Positions 1 to 7,727 of a stretch of DNA of 60,404 bases are shown here, in pieces. Both the position numbers and the translations under genes were made by a program. Source of the stretch: a virus; the IMG/VR virus record IMGVR_UViG_3300032144_000011, positions 1 through 60,404 of that record, one strand, 5' to 3'. Numbering within the stretch: position 1 is the first letter of the stretch; the number at the start of each line of letters is the position of its first letter. The notes beneath the pieces were generated by a model, which was given only the letters and a program-made list of their open reading frames with translations, made no database searches and was not told where the DNA came from.

Positions 1-184
1 GTCCCAGACGCTGGCCCGGACGCTGTCCCGGACGCTGGCCCCGACGCTGGCCCCGACGCTGGCCCCGACGCTGGCCCCGACGCTGGCCCCGACGCTGGCC
101 CGGACGCTGTCCCGGACGCTGTCCCAGACGCTGTCCCAGACGCTGTCCCGGACGCTGTCCCAGACGCTGTCCCAGACGCTGGCC
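1..184 (-). repeat. 12-bp tandem repeat array, left-edge part; unit GACGCT(GG/GT)CCC(A/C/G)
   Basis: About 15 head-to-tail units read directly. On the minus strand they encode [W/R/G][D/A]SV in frame with the ORF starting at 426. Confidence 0.95.
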
Positions 185-426
185 TGAAATTTCTTGTCGA
201 GAATGATAGCCCGCGTCAGCCCCTGCGAAAGCGGCGAGCCGCACCAGACGATCTTGCGCGGCGGCTTCAAGTCGGCGATTTGATACATCAGGCGGATGGC
301 TTCCTCAGCCCGCGGCCGGTCGGCGGAATCGGTGCAGAGGCCGATCTTCGTCCACTTCTCGACGAACTCCGGAAAGCGCGCTTCCTGTGCCGGCGTGAGC
401 TTGGTGAGTTTTTCCATTTGTTCCAT
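1..426 (-). CDS. N-terminal fragment of DUF6745-like tetrapeptide-repeat protein; runs off the left edge and continues at 60404 if circular
   Basis: Read from sequence: ATG at 424-426, MEQMEKLTKLTPAQEARFPEFVEKWTKIGLCTDSADRPRAEEAIRLMYQIADLKPPRKIVWCGSPLSQGLTRAIILDKKFQ, then ASVWDSV... repeats with no stop before position 1. Absent from the ORF track because it is open-ended. Confidence 0.8.
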   Translation of the reverse strand, partial: MEQMEKLTKLTPAQEARFPEFVEKWTKIGLCTDSADRPRAEEAIRLMYQIADLKPPRKIVWCGSPLSQGLTRAIILDKKFQASVWDSVWDSVRDSVWDSVWDSVRDSVRASVGASVGASVGASVGASVGASVRDSVRASVWD

Positions 427-433
427 TCCAAAT

Positions 434-739
434 TCAATGCCGCGCCGCCGACCCGCCCAGGTCGGGCGTGCGGGCCGCGGCCGCGTCGAGCTCCATCGCC
501 TTGGTGGTGTGGCCGCAGGCGCGGATCAGCAGCGTGCAGGACTGCAGATAGGTGCGGTAGGCGGCCTCGACCCACGGCCCCTCGGCCTTGCCGTCGCCGC
601 GATAGTCGGCGAACAGCGCCTCGGCGATCGCGAAGAACAGCAGCGATCGCTGCTGGCGCGACAGCCGGGCGACATAGGCCGCGAAGCGCGCGTAATCGGC
701 GTCGATCCCGGGCGGCGGGTCGTTTCGCGTGTTCGACAT
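434..739 (-). CDS. Hypothetical early protein (101 aa)
   Basis: C-terminal part of track ORF 434..1174, trimmed to the ATG at 737-739 preceded by GGAGAGGGGGAGA. Ordinary composition (MSNTRNDPPPGIDADYARFAAYVARLS...). Confidence 0.7.
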   Translation of the reverse strand: MSNTRNDPPPGIDADYARFAAYVARLSRQQRSLLFFAIAEALFADYRGDGKAEGPWVEAAYRTYLQSCTLLIRACGHTTKAMELDAAAARTPDLGGSAARH

Positions 740-753
740 TCTCTCCCCCTCTC

Positions 754-1086
754 CTAGTTCGGCTGGTTCGCCGGCATGACCGGCAGGCCGTCTTCGCGAC
801 GCTGGAACCGCCCCTCGAGCGAGGCGCGGTCCGGCCGCTTCCTGCCCATCGCCACGGTCCAATCGATGATCTTGTCGACCATGCCGCCGAGCACGTCGCC
901 GCGCTTGAAGTCTTCGGCGATATCGTGGCGATGGGCATCGCAGACGACCATTCCTGTGACGGCCTTGATCTGCTGCCCGTCGACCTTCGGATGTCCCTCT
1001 GCCCAGAGATTGAGCTCCGGCTGCCACACGGCGCGCGCCTGGCAGTTCATCACCAGGCAGCGGTAGGGCACGGGCGCCTCGCTCAT
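754..1086 (-). CDS. Hypothetical early protein (110 aa)
   Basis: C-terminal part of track ORF 754..1734, trimmed to ATG 1084-1086. ATGA overlap with the stop of the upstream gene (1083). Confidence 0.7.
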   Translation of the reverse strand: MSEAPVPYRCLVMNCQARAVWQPELNLWAEGHPKVDGQQIKAVTGMVVCDAHRHDIAEDFKRGDVLGGMVDKIIDWTVAMGRKRPDRASLEGRFQRREDGLPVMPANQPN

Positions 1087-1910
1087 GACACAGGCCCCGC
1101 GCCCGGGGCGAACTCCGTATCCGCCGGCGGCGGCTCGGGCCCGACCGGCCCGCCCTCCGGCATAGGTTCCGCATAATTTCCGGCGCTTTTTACAGGTGCC
1201 GGCGCACGCTCCAGCGCATCCCGCGTCACGGAAGGCAGCGGCACCGACTGCATCGCCTTCGGCCGCGCGCGGAAGGACGCCTCCTGCGAGCGAGCGCGCT
1301 CGATGCAGCCTTGGATGTCGCGCTCCGACAGCGGCGCGGTGATGGCGTTCTGCAGCGCCAGGTCGTCGAGGTAGAAATCGCGGCGCACGAGATCGGGGTA
1401 GCGCCGGATGTCGGCATGCGGGTTGACGAGGTCGCTGTTGTCCCAGCGGTCGAGGATCTGCGCCTGGTACCACGCGATGCCCTTGACGCGGCTTTCGAGC
1501 TGGTCCCACCAGCCCTCGGCCTTGGCCTGCAGCGCCAGCGGGGTGTGCGCGAAGACCCGGAGGAAGGCGTCGCGGCGGGCGCGGATGCCGTCCCAGTCGC
1601 GGCCCTTGGCCCGCGGCGCAACCTTCCGCGCGCGTGCGGCGTCCGCCGCCGCCTGCGCGTCGAGGCAGGCCGCCCGCAGCGCGGGGATCGCCGGCCACTG
1701 CTTGCCCGCGTGCGATCGCCGCACCCGCTGCCATGCCGCTTCCAGCACCGCCTGCGGGAACTCGGCCAGGTCCTCCTCGTATTGCCGCGCCGCGCCGGCC
1801 GCGGCCTCGGGGCTGTCGGCGTAGCGCGGGCCGTACAGGTCGATCATCGGCCGGACGACGGCGTCGCGCACGAGGCGGCGCTGGGTCTCGGTGACGGCGG
1901 GAAGGCTCAT
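1083..1910 (-). CDS. Hypothetical replication-module protein (275 aa); N-terminus weakly reminiscent of helicase-loader (G39P-like) proteins
   Basis: Track ORF 1083..2714 trimmed to ATG 1908-1910 (MSLPAVTETQRRLV...). ATGA coupling to the upstream HTH gene. The function is a guess from position. Confidence 0.65.
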   Translation of the reverse strand: MSLPAVTETQRRLVRDAVVRPMIDLYGPRYADSPEAAAGAARQYEEDLAEFPQAVLEAAWQRVRRSHAGKQWPAIPALRAACLDAQAAADAARARKVAPRAKGRDWDGIRARRDAFLRVFAHTPLALQAKAEGWWDQLESRVKGIAWYQAQILDRWDNSDLVNPHADIRRYPDLVRRDFYLDDLALQNAITAPLSERDIQGCIERARSQEASFRARPKAMQSVPLPSVTRDALERAPAPVKSAGNYAEPMPEGGPVGPEPPPADTEFAPGAGPVS

Positions 1911-2746
1911 GACGCGGCTCCGGTTGCGGGTGCGGCCTCGGCGTCGCGCTCGAGGACGGCGTTCATGCGGTCGAAGAAGCTGACTTTCGGCGGCCCGGCG
2001 CCGGCTACGGCCGGGGCGGCCGGCAGCCCGGCCTCGCGCTGCGCCTTGGCGCGCGACACGGCCTTGGCGAAGTAGGCGAAGCTTTCGGGCGGCGACACGG
2101 GGATGCGCGCCATCACGTCGCGCACCGCGCTCTCGACGTCCGCCTCCGTCGCCCCGGCGGAGAGCCAGCAGCGGATGTCGTTGCCGACGGCGAAGTTCGG
2201 GTTGCGCGCCGCGTCGGCGCCGATGATGCCGCACAGCCGTTCCCGCAGCCGCTCGACCTTGACCGCGTCCTCGCGCGGGCGCGCGTCTCCACCATCCTGT
2301 TCCTTCTGGACTGTTCCTGACTCTTTGGGTGACATTTCGGGCATGGTTTCGGCCGGAAATGTCACCCCCTCCCCGCCGGGAATGTCGCCCCCCCGACAAA
2401 TTGTCGTAGGCGACATCCTGTCGCCCCGCGGGGCCGGGCGGGCGGCGGCGAGATCGGGATTGATCAGCGGCAGGCCGGGCTGCGAGACGCCGGGGATGCG
2501 GTAGAGGTTGGTGCCGTTCGGGCCGGCGCCGCGGCGCACCTCCAGCTCGCCCAGCCGCTCCAGAGTGCCCAGCGCCCGCTGCACCTGGCGCGCCGACATG
2601 CGGGCTTCGCGGGCAATGGTGGCGACCGAGGGCCAGGCGTTGTCGCCGGCGCGGTCGGCGTGGTAGGCGATCGACAGCAGCACCAGCCTCGCGCCGAGCT
2701 TCGCTTCCGACCACTCGTAGACCCAGCTCTGCGCCTGATGGCTCAT
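1907..2746 (-). CDS. Helix-turn-helix DNA-binding protein, putative replication initiator (O-like position)
   Basis: Track ORF 1907..3049 trimmed to ATG 2744-2746. N-terminus MSHQAQSWVYEWSEAKLGARLVLLSIAYHADRAGDNAWPSVATIAREARMSARQVQRALGTLERLGELEV is a winged-HTH pattern common in phage replication proteins. Confidence 0.7.
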   Translation of the reverse strand: MSHQAQSWVYEWSEAKLGARLVLLSIAYHADRAGDNAWPSVATIAREARMSARQVQRALGTLERLGELEVRRGAGPNGTNLYRIPGVSQPGLPLINPDLAAARPAPRGDRMSPTTICRGGDIPGGEGVTFPAETMPEMSPKESGTVQKEQDGGDARPREDAVKVERLRERLCGIIGADAARNPNFAVGNDIRCWLSAGATEADVESAVRDVMARIPVSPPESFAYFAKAVSRAKAQREAGLPAAPAVAGAGPPKVSFFDRMNAVLERDAEAAPATGAAS

Positions 2747-2925
2747 TGCGGAGCCGCCTCGCCGATGTCGCGGCGGTTGGCGCGCGAGCGGCACTGCTCG
2801 CACAGCCGGTTGCCGCACCAATCGCTGTCGAAGGGCTTGCGGCAGCCGAGGCAGGTGCGCCGGGCCGGCAGCAGCCGGGGCGGGGTCTCGGGCGGCGGGG
2901 GCGGGCGGCGCGGCAGGTTGCTCAT
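2743..2925 (-). CDS. Small Cys-rich (zinc-finger-like) protein, 60 aa
   Basis: Track ORF. Pattern CxxC...C...CxxC. ATGA overlaps at both ends. Confidence 0.6.
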   Translation of the reverse strand: MSNLPRRPPPPPETPPRLLPARRTCLGCRKPFDSDWCGNRLCEQCRSRANRRDIGEAAPQ

Positions 2926-3128
2926 GCGGCCGCTTCCGCGCAGCCGGCCATGGCCACCGCGTCGAGCGCGATCTCCATCGCGTCCGCGTGGCCGAAGCCC
3001 TCCTCGCGGGCGAGCTCGTACTCCAGCCGGCCATAGTCCGGCAGCTCATCCGGGTCGCCGCCGTAATGGCGGCGCAGGCCGGCGACGTGCCGCGCCTTGA
3101 ACTCGGGGTCGGCGTTCAGCGCCTTCAT
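2922..3128 (-). CDS. Hypothetical protein, 68 aa from ATG 3128; possibly longer from TTG 3218
   Basis: ATG 3126-3128 overlaps the VRR-NUC stop (ATGA). The same frame stays open upstream and contains a second copy of the ADPEFKARH-coding 28-mer. Confidence 0.55.
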   Translation of the reverse strand: MKALNADPEFKARHVAGLRRHYGGDPDELPDYGRLEYELAREEGFGHADAMEIALDAVAMAGCAEAAA

Positions 3129-3682
3129 CCGCTCGGACGCCTGCTGGCGATGCCGCGCCTTGAACTCGGGGTCGGCGTGAAGCGGCCGGCGGCGTTTCGC
3201 CGGCGCGGGACGTTCCAATCGGCGAGGATGGCGTCGACGCCCTCGATCGACTGCGCGATCGCGTAGGGCACGCCGAGCCGCTCGCAGTCGGCCTTGAAAA
3301 TCGCTTGGGACTCGCTGGGCTCGAGCCGGGCGCCGGGCGCCTTCAGCTCGATGAAGCCGAATCCGGGCATCCTGGTGATCGTCGGCAGGTGCCAGATCAG
3401 GCACAGGTCGGCCACCCCCGGCTTGACGCCCATGCCCTTCAGGATCGCGGCCTCGATCTTGGAGCGCGCGCCGCCGTTGGGCACCGCGAACCACATCCCG
3501 TCGATGCCCATCAGCGCGAGCGCCTGGACGACGGTCTTCTGCAGCGCGGCCTCGGGCTGGGCGTTGCGGCGCCCTTTCGGCTTAGCCGGACCGGCGGCGC
3601 TTACCGCCAACCGGCTCGTACTGAAGGTATTCCTACCCCGATGTGTTACGTCGCACGCGCGGTTGAGGGTGCGGCGCACCAT
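3125..3682 (-). CDS. VRR-NUC domain nuclease
   Basis: Track ORF 3125..3853 trimmed to ATG 3680-3682. Motifs QKTVVQALALMG...WFAVPNGG...GVKPGVADL...GFIELKAPGARLEPSESQ..F...C..LGVPYAIA match the VRR-NUC pattern. Confidence 0.8.
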   Translation of the reverse strand: MVRRTLNRACDVTHRGRNTFSTSRLAVSAAGPAKPKGRRNAQPEAALQKTVVQALALMGIDGMWFAVPNGGARSKIEAAILKGMGVKPGVADLCLIWHLPTITRMPGFGFIELKAPGARLEPSESQAIFKADCERLGVPYAIAQSIEGVDAILADWNVPRRRNAAGRFTPTPSSRRGIASRRPSG

Positions 3683-3683
3683 G

Positions 3684-3884
3684 TCAGGATGCCGGCTGAA
3701 AATCGAAGAAGTCGCTGGGAGTAACAGCGCCGCCCGTGTGCTTGGAGATCTTCTCCAGCATCTTCCGTCGAGGGGTCCGGTCACCACGCTCCCACTTGTA
3801 GAGGGAGTCCACATGCACGCCGAGCTTCTTGGCCAGCGCCTGCCGATCGACATCGGGTTGGGCGAGATATGCGCTCAATTTCAT
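3684..3884 (-). CDS. Cro/YdaS-like HTH protein, first gene of the leftward early operon
   Basis: Track ORF of 66 aa (LAKKLGVHVDSLYKWERGDRTP). Divergent from the XRE repressor-like gene. Confidence 0.8.
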   Translation of the reverse strand: MKLSAYLAQPDVDRQALAKKLGVHVDSLYKWERGDRTPRRKMLEKISKHTGGAVTPSDFFDFQPAS

Positions 3885-3977
3885 GGCGGCACACTAAGAC
3901 AAAACGTCTACGCATGCAATGGCCATTTTGTCTAAAAATGACCGTTGCGAATTCTCTCCTAGCCCGTCCAATACTTT
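3885..3977. promoter_or_regulatory. Divergent promoter/operator region of the lysogeny switch
   Basis: AT-richer 93-bp gap between divergent HTH genes. AGACAAAACGTCTA at 3897-3910 and TTTTGTCT at 3926-3933 form an inverted pair and recur downstream of the repressor gene. Confidence 0.6.
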
Positions 3978-4250
3978 ATGGCTAAGGGCGATCCCCCAGG
4001 CGCGGACCTGTACAAGCGGTCTTTCGGCGACCGAATCCGCAAGTTGCGCGAGGCGCGCGACTTAGAAATCAAGGAGATGGCAGCCGCGCTCGGGATCAAG
4101 TATCACCGCTACCAGAAATACGAAATCGGCGAGCGGGAGGCGCCCTATTGGCTCCTCGTGCGCATCGCCGACTACCACCGCGTTTCTATCGACTTCCTGA
4201 TTCGCGGCAAAGATGGTGGCAGCCGCATGCCGCAAATGCAGCGTCTCTAA
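3978..4250 (+). CDS. XRE-family HTH repressor (CI-like candidate)
   Basis: Track ORF of 90 aa (FGDRIRKLREARDLEIKEMAAALGIKYHRYQKYEIGEREAP). It is flanked on both sides by the same operator-like motif. Confidence 0.8.
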   Translation: MAKGDPPGADLYKRSFGDRIRKLREARDLEIKEMAAALGIKYHRYQKYEIGEREAPYWLLVRIADYHRVSIDFLIRGKDGGSRMPQMQRL

Positions 4251-4517
4251 AGCGGTAATTTTTTTTCGCAGCCCATTAGACGTTTTGTCTTTACAGCCGT
4301 AGACGCAATGTCTATGGTGCTCTCGTTCCGCCCCAGACCGCACGCCGCGAACGCAACGGATCCGGGGGCCTTCAGGGATAGGCGGCGTCGCAAGCAAGGA
4401 AAGGCTTTCCCGAGCAGTAACGGCAAAACTCCAAATTCGGATCGGGGCGGCTGGCGCAAGCGGCCGCCCCGCAGCGAAGACGGAGCCGGCGGGCGGGAAG
4501 GCGGGGACGAGGGGGAG
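4251..4517 (+). promoter_or_regulatory. Rightward early promoter/operator region
   Basis: 267-bp non-coding gap. TAGACGTTTTGTCT at 4277-4290 is the exact reverse complement of 3897-3910. A perfect palindrome TAGACgcaatGTCTA lies at 4300-4314. Confidence 0.55.
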
Positions 4518-4769
4518 ATGACGGACGTAACCACCATCATAGAGCAAGCCAAGGCCCGCCGCAGGGCGCAAGGCCTTGCCAGCGTCTACGACGGGCTGCA
4601 CGGCCCGCTCGAGATCGCGCACCCGAGCGAGGCGCACAAGCGCTTCTACGATCTCAAATACGCCTTGCGCGCCGAATACGGCAAGACGAGCGCGGCTCCG
4701 AAGGAGCGGCTGGCCGAACTTGATGCGCTCCGCGCCGCCCTGTCCGAGGCCAGCTCCACATGCCAGTGA
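4518..4769 (+). CDS. Hypothetical protein (83 aa)
   Basis: Track ORF 4308..4769 trimmed to ATG 4518 behind GGGGGAG. Confidence 0.65.
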   Translation: MTDVTTIIEQAKARRRAQGLASVYDGLHGPLEIAHPSEAHKRFYDLKYALRAEYGKTSAAPKERLAELDALRAALSEASSTCQ

Positions 4770-5155
4770 AGGACGACATCGGCAAGGAGACGGGCGGCAG
4801 CATCCGCCTGCCGGACCACCTGTACGGCGCGATGAGCACGGACCGACGGCCCCTGAACGATAACCGGATTTACCGACCCGACGCGCGTTACGGCGCGCGT
4901 CGGTCTCCCGAAGACGGCGGCCGCCCGGAACCGGTCGCCGCCATGCGGCGCGCCTCCCTTCCCAAGGCGCTGCGCGTCGCCGCACCCCGGCGCGAGGCGG
5001 CCCGGCTCCCACACGCGGGCTGGCTTCGCGCCGGGGCCGCGTCGCTCGGCATCGGCTTGGCGCTCTGGCTGGTCTTCATCGCATTGGCCGCGGCGCTCTA
5101 CCCGGAGGTCTGGTCACAGGTTCCGGGCGCGGCGCTGCAGGCGGTGTGGCAATGA
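4760..5155 (+). CDS. Hypothetical protein with C-terminal TM segment (131 aa)
   Basis: Track ORF. Start overlaps the upstream stop. Hydrophobic stretch LGIGLALWLVFIALAAAL. Confidence 0.55.
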   Translation: MPVKDDIGKETGGSIRLPDHLYGAMSTDRRPLNDNRIYRPDARYGARRSPEDGGRPEPVAAMRRASLPKALRVAAPRREAARLPHAGWLRAGAASLGIGLALWLVFIALAAALYPEVWSQVPGAALQAVWQ

Positions 5156-5397
5156 GCGGGGACGGAACAACCATGGCGAACGCCGATTACATGGCGAGAC
5201 TTCGAAGCGCGACGCATGGCTACCTGATTGTCTACGACGGTATCTGCAAAGGCATCTGCGTCGACATGGGCGACGAGAGCACCGCCGAGTTCGTCGCCGA
5301 AGGCATCAAGGCCGGCGGACACGTATACCGGGCGCCCATCGCAGTCGCACAGACAGCTTTGTTCGAGCCGTGGCCAAGGCAGGACGGTGGATCATGA
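5152..5397 (+). CDS. Hypothetical protein (81 aa)
   Basis: Track ORF 5146..5397. ATG 5152 forms an ATGA overlap with the upstream stop. Confidence 0.65.
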   Translation: MSGDGTTMANADYMARLRSATHGYLIVYDGICKGICVDMGDESTAEFVAEGIKAGGHVYRAPIAVAQTALFEPWPRQDGGS

Positions 5398-5633
5398 CCC
5401 GCGCCAATCTCGCCACCGAGGGCTGGTACCGCAAGGGCCGCGAGGCGCGCATGCGCGGGCTGGCCAAGGACGCCTGCCCGGCGGCAGAGGGCACGCCGGC
5501 GCGCACCGCCTGGATCGCCGGCTGGGGCCACCGCGACCTGGAGCTGCGGTCGGTCGGGCTTGCGGCGGGGCAGATCGAGGGACCCGCCTTCGCCGAGGCT
5601 ACGGCGGACAAGATGGAGGCGGGCGATGGCTGA
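5394..5633 (+). CDS. Rmf/CrpP-like small protein (79 aa)
   Basis: Track ORF 5370..5633 trimmed to ATG 5394 (ATGA overlap). GWYRKGREARMRGLAKDACP...RTAWIAGW follows the GY.AG..G....CP...R..W..GW pattern of ribosome-modulation-factor-like proteins. Confidence 0.6.
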   Translation: MTRANLATEGWYRKGREARMRGLAKDACPAAEGTPARTAWIAGWGHRDLELRSVGLAAGQIEGPAFAEATADKMEAGDG

Positions 5634-5871
5634 CCGAGACCCTGGCCCGGCATTCCGGATCGAAACCATCGAATTGATCGCGCTGCGGAAGCTGCTGATC
5701 GTCAGCAAGGCCCTCGCGACCAAGCTGGGCGGCAGGGCCGCCATCGAACAGCGCGCGCTGGCCGACACGCTCGGCCGCGTGCTTGACCGCTACGAGGAAG
5801 CCGAAGCGGTCCACGCCGCCCGGATCACCCTGCCCAGCGACGCCGGAAAGATCGAGGAGCCCGCCCCATGA
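5626..5871 (+). CDS. Hypothetical protein (81 aa)
   Basis: Track ORF 5560..5871 trimmed to ATG 5626. Confidence 0.6.
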   Translation: MADRDPGPAFRIETIELIALRKLLIVSKALATKLGGRAAIEQRALADTLGRVLDRYEEAEAVHAARITLPSDAGKIEEPAP

Positions 5872-6284
5872 CCCAGCCCAAGCGCAAGCCGCCCTTCCTC
5901 GTCGTCGAGCCGTCGCTGGACGCGCTCCGCACCACCGCGCGCGACTATGCCGCGCTCAAGGCGCCGGCGCAGCCGCAGATGGCCGCCTTCGCCGCGGGCA
6001 AGGACTACAGCCTGGAGAAGCTGCACATGGAGTGCGTCTTCGCGCTCGGCGTCACGCTGTCCGATCGGCCGGGCGGCGCCAGCCCGGCGGGCGAGAGTTA
6101 CCTCGACTGGGAGCAGCGCGTGCGCGGCCTGGAGACATGGGCCCGGCGCGAGCTGCGGCGCGACGAGTACCGCTACCGCATCGACGCCGCGGTCGCCGGC
6201 CTAGCCGAGTTCGGCGTGCCGGTCGAGGACGTCCAGGCGCTGGTCGAGCGCGCCTACGCCCGCGGCGCGAGGCACCGGCCGTGA
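5868..6284 (+). CDS. Hypothetical protein (138 aa)
   Basis: Track ORF. ATGA overlap with the upstream gene. Ordinary composition. Confidence 0.7.
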   Translation: MTQPKRKPPFLVVEPSLDALRTTARDYAALKAPAQPQMAAFAAGKDYSLEKLHMECVFALGVTLSDRPGGASPAGESYLDWEQRVRGLETWARRELRRDEYRYRIDAAVAGLAEFGVPVEDVQALVERAYARGARHRP

Positions 6285-6550
6285 AGAAGACCTATCTCAG
6301 CGACTGCCAGTCCGTCGGCAAGGGCTTCACGCGATGGAGCCCGGGCCCCCGCGGGTGGGACGAGGGCGAATTCCTATCGCCGCAAGGCATCGTTTCCATC
6401 TACATGCAAAAAGGACATCCGACCCATACGCGGCTGGATTTCGTTTACGGCGGGCGTCTCTACATCCGCACGTGGAAGCGCAAGTACTCGCGCCGCACGA
6501 TCCCGCGCCTCGCGCGCGCGTTCGTCCGCGATGTGGCGGGTGCCCCATGA
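6281..6550 (+). CDS. Hypothetical protein (89 aa, GTG start)
   Basis: Tail of track ORF 5783..6550. GTG 6281 overlaps the upstream TGA. Sequence VKKTYLSDCQSVGKGFTRWSPGPRGWDEGEF... Confidence 0.55.
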   Translation: MKKTYLSDCQSVGKGFTRWSPGPRGWDEGEFLSPQGIVSIYMQKGHPTHTRLDFVYGGRLYIRTWKRKYSRRTIPRLARAFVRDVAGAP

Positions 6551-6816
6551 CCGCCGCCCGCAAGCCCGCCGCCCGCGACGCCGCCGAGGCCGTTTTCCTG
6601 ACCCCGCACGAGCTCGCGGCGCGCTGGAAGGTCTCCGAGATCACGCTGTCGAAGTGGCGCTGGCTCGGCAAGGGGCCGGACTTCATCCGCCTGTCGCGCA
6701 AGGGCGGACCGGTGGTCTACAGCCTGGCCGAGATCGAGCGGCACGAGGCGCGCAACACCGTCGCGGGGGATTATCCGCACCCCGACCCTGCGGCGGGCGG
6801 CGAGGCGGCGCCATGA
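6547..6816 (+). CDS. Excisionase/AlpA-family HTH DNA-binding protein (possible Xis)
   Basis: Track ORF 6334..6816 trimmed to ATG 6547. FLTPHELAARWKVSEITLSKWRWLGKGPDFIRL...VVYSLAEIERHE fits the excisionase-type HTH pattern. Confidence 0.65.
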   Translation: MTAARKPAARDAAEAVFLTPHELAARWKVSEITLSKWRWLGKGPDFIRLSRKGGPVVYSLAEIERHEARNTVAGDYPHPDPAAGGEAAP

Positions 6817-7052
6817 CCGGCGGCTGGCAGGTCCTGGCGGTGCTGCTCTACAGCGCCTTCGTCTTCATCGTCCTCGTCGGTGCCTTCAGCCCGTTGCAGC
6901 CGCGCAGTCAGGCCGAGTGCGACGCGTACAACGCGACGCAGGAGCATCCGACGTTCGGCCTGATCGTCCTGCTGCTCGCCGCGGCCGCGCCGCTGGTCGT
7001 GCTGACCGCGGCGGTCGCGATGATGATCCGTAACAGCCGGAGGGGAAAATGA
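6813..7052 (+). CDS. Small membrane protein (79 aa, 2 TM)
   Basis: Tail of track ORF 6531..7052 from ATG 6813 (ATGA overlap). Two hydrophobic helices. Confidence 0.6.
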   Translation: MTGGWQVLAVLLYSAFVFIVLVGAFSPLQPRSQAECDAYNATQEHPTFGLIVLLLAAAAPLVVLTAAVAMMIRNSRRGK

Positions 7053-7312
7053 ACGCGACCCTCGCCCTCGTCCTGCTCGGCCTCGGCGTCTGGCTCGGCG
7101 GCGCCGGGCTTTTCGTGCTGGCGATGTCCTGGCGGCCCTACCGCATCGGCTGGCGCATCGGCCGACTCGCGCGCGGATGGCTGCGCCGCCTGCGCACCGA
7201 GGGCGACCCGTCCGCCGGCATGGCCTACCCCAGCGCGGTCTACGTCTGGGGCGGGCTGCTTCTGGCGCTGCTGCTGCTGGCCTACCGCCTCCGCGACGGC
7301 GCGGCCGGGTGA
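7049..7312 (+). CDS. Small membrane protein (87 aa)
   Basis: Track ORF. ATGA overlap. Hydrophobic N- and C-terminal helices. Confidence 0.6.
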   Translation: MNATLALVLLGLGVWLGGAGLFVLAMSWRPYRIGWRIGRLARGWLRRLRTEGDPSAGMAYPSAVYVWGGLLLALLLLAYRLRDGAAG

Positions 7313-7320
7313 GGGCGGCG

Positions 7321-7584
7321 ATGACGGCATTCGGACTCGTCTCGATCGCCAGCCGGGAAGCCCGCGCGGACGCCGCGATCCAGCGCTATCGCCTGACCGA
7401 GCGCCAGCTCCAGGTCATCGCGCTGGTCGCCAGCGACAGGACGAACAAGGAGATCGCGCGCAAGATGGGCTGCTCGGAGGCGACGATCAAGGTGCACATC
7501 CGCGCGCTGCACCGCATGCTCGGGCTACACACCCGCACCGGGCTGGCGATGTGGGCGGTCCGGAACGGGCTGGTCGAGCCATGA
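7321..7584 (+). CDS. LuxR/GerE-type HTH regulator, DNA-binding domain only
   Basis: Track ORF 7177..7584 trimmed to ATG 7321. LTERQLQVIALVASDRTNKEIARKMGCSEATIKVHIRALHRMLG is the classic GerE HTH. Confidence 0.8.
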   Translation: MTAFGLVSIASREARADAAIQRYRLTERQLQVIALVASDRTNKEIARKMGCSEATIKVHIRALHRMLGLHTRTGLAMWAVRNGLVEP

Positions 7585-7727
7585 CGCGGCGCCCCTACAT
7601 CCCCCGCCCCGCTTATTCCGGCATCGGCCGGCTCCGGCTGGCGCTGGCGCGCGGGGCCTACATCGCCGAGGCGATCGTCGGCAGGCGCGACTGGCGGCTG
7701 GCGGACAGCCGGCGGGAGGCCGCGTGA
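7581..7727 (+). CDS. Possible small protein (48 aa)
   Basis: Not in track (<60 aa). ATG 7581 overlaps the LuxR stop (ATGA). Its TGA (7725-7727) overlaps ATG 7727 of the methylase. Confidence 0.35.
   Translation: MTRRPYIPRPAYSGIGRLRLALARGAYIAEAIVGRRDWRLADSRREAA

Noticed and set aside
1-184. Two-position variability in the repeats as the product of a diversity-generating retroelement.
   Set aside because: No reverse transcriptase, template repeat or IMH-like element is visible anywhere in the window. The variation is between tandem units, not between a VR/TR pair.
4251-4266. The T8 run after the repressor gene (aattttttttcgc) as an intrinsic terminator.
   Set aside because: No convincing GC-rich hairpin lies immediately upstream. 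It may simply be part of the AT-rich promoter/operator region.
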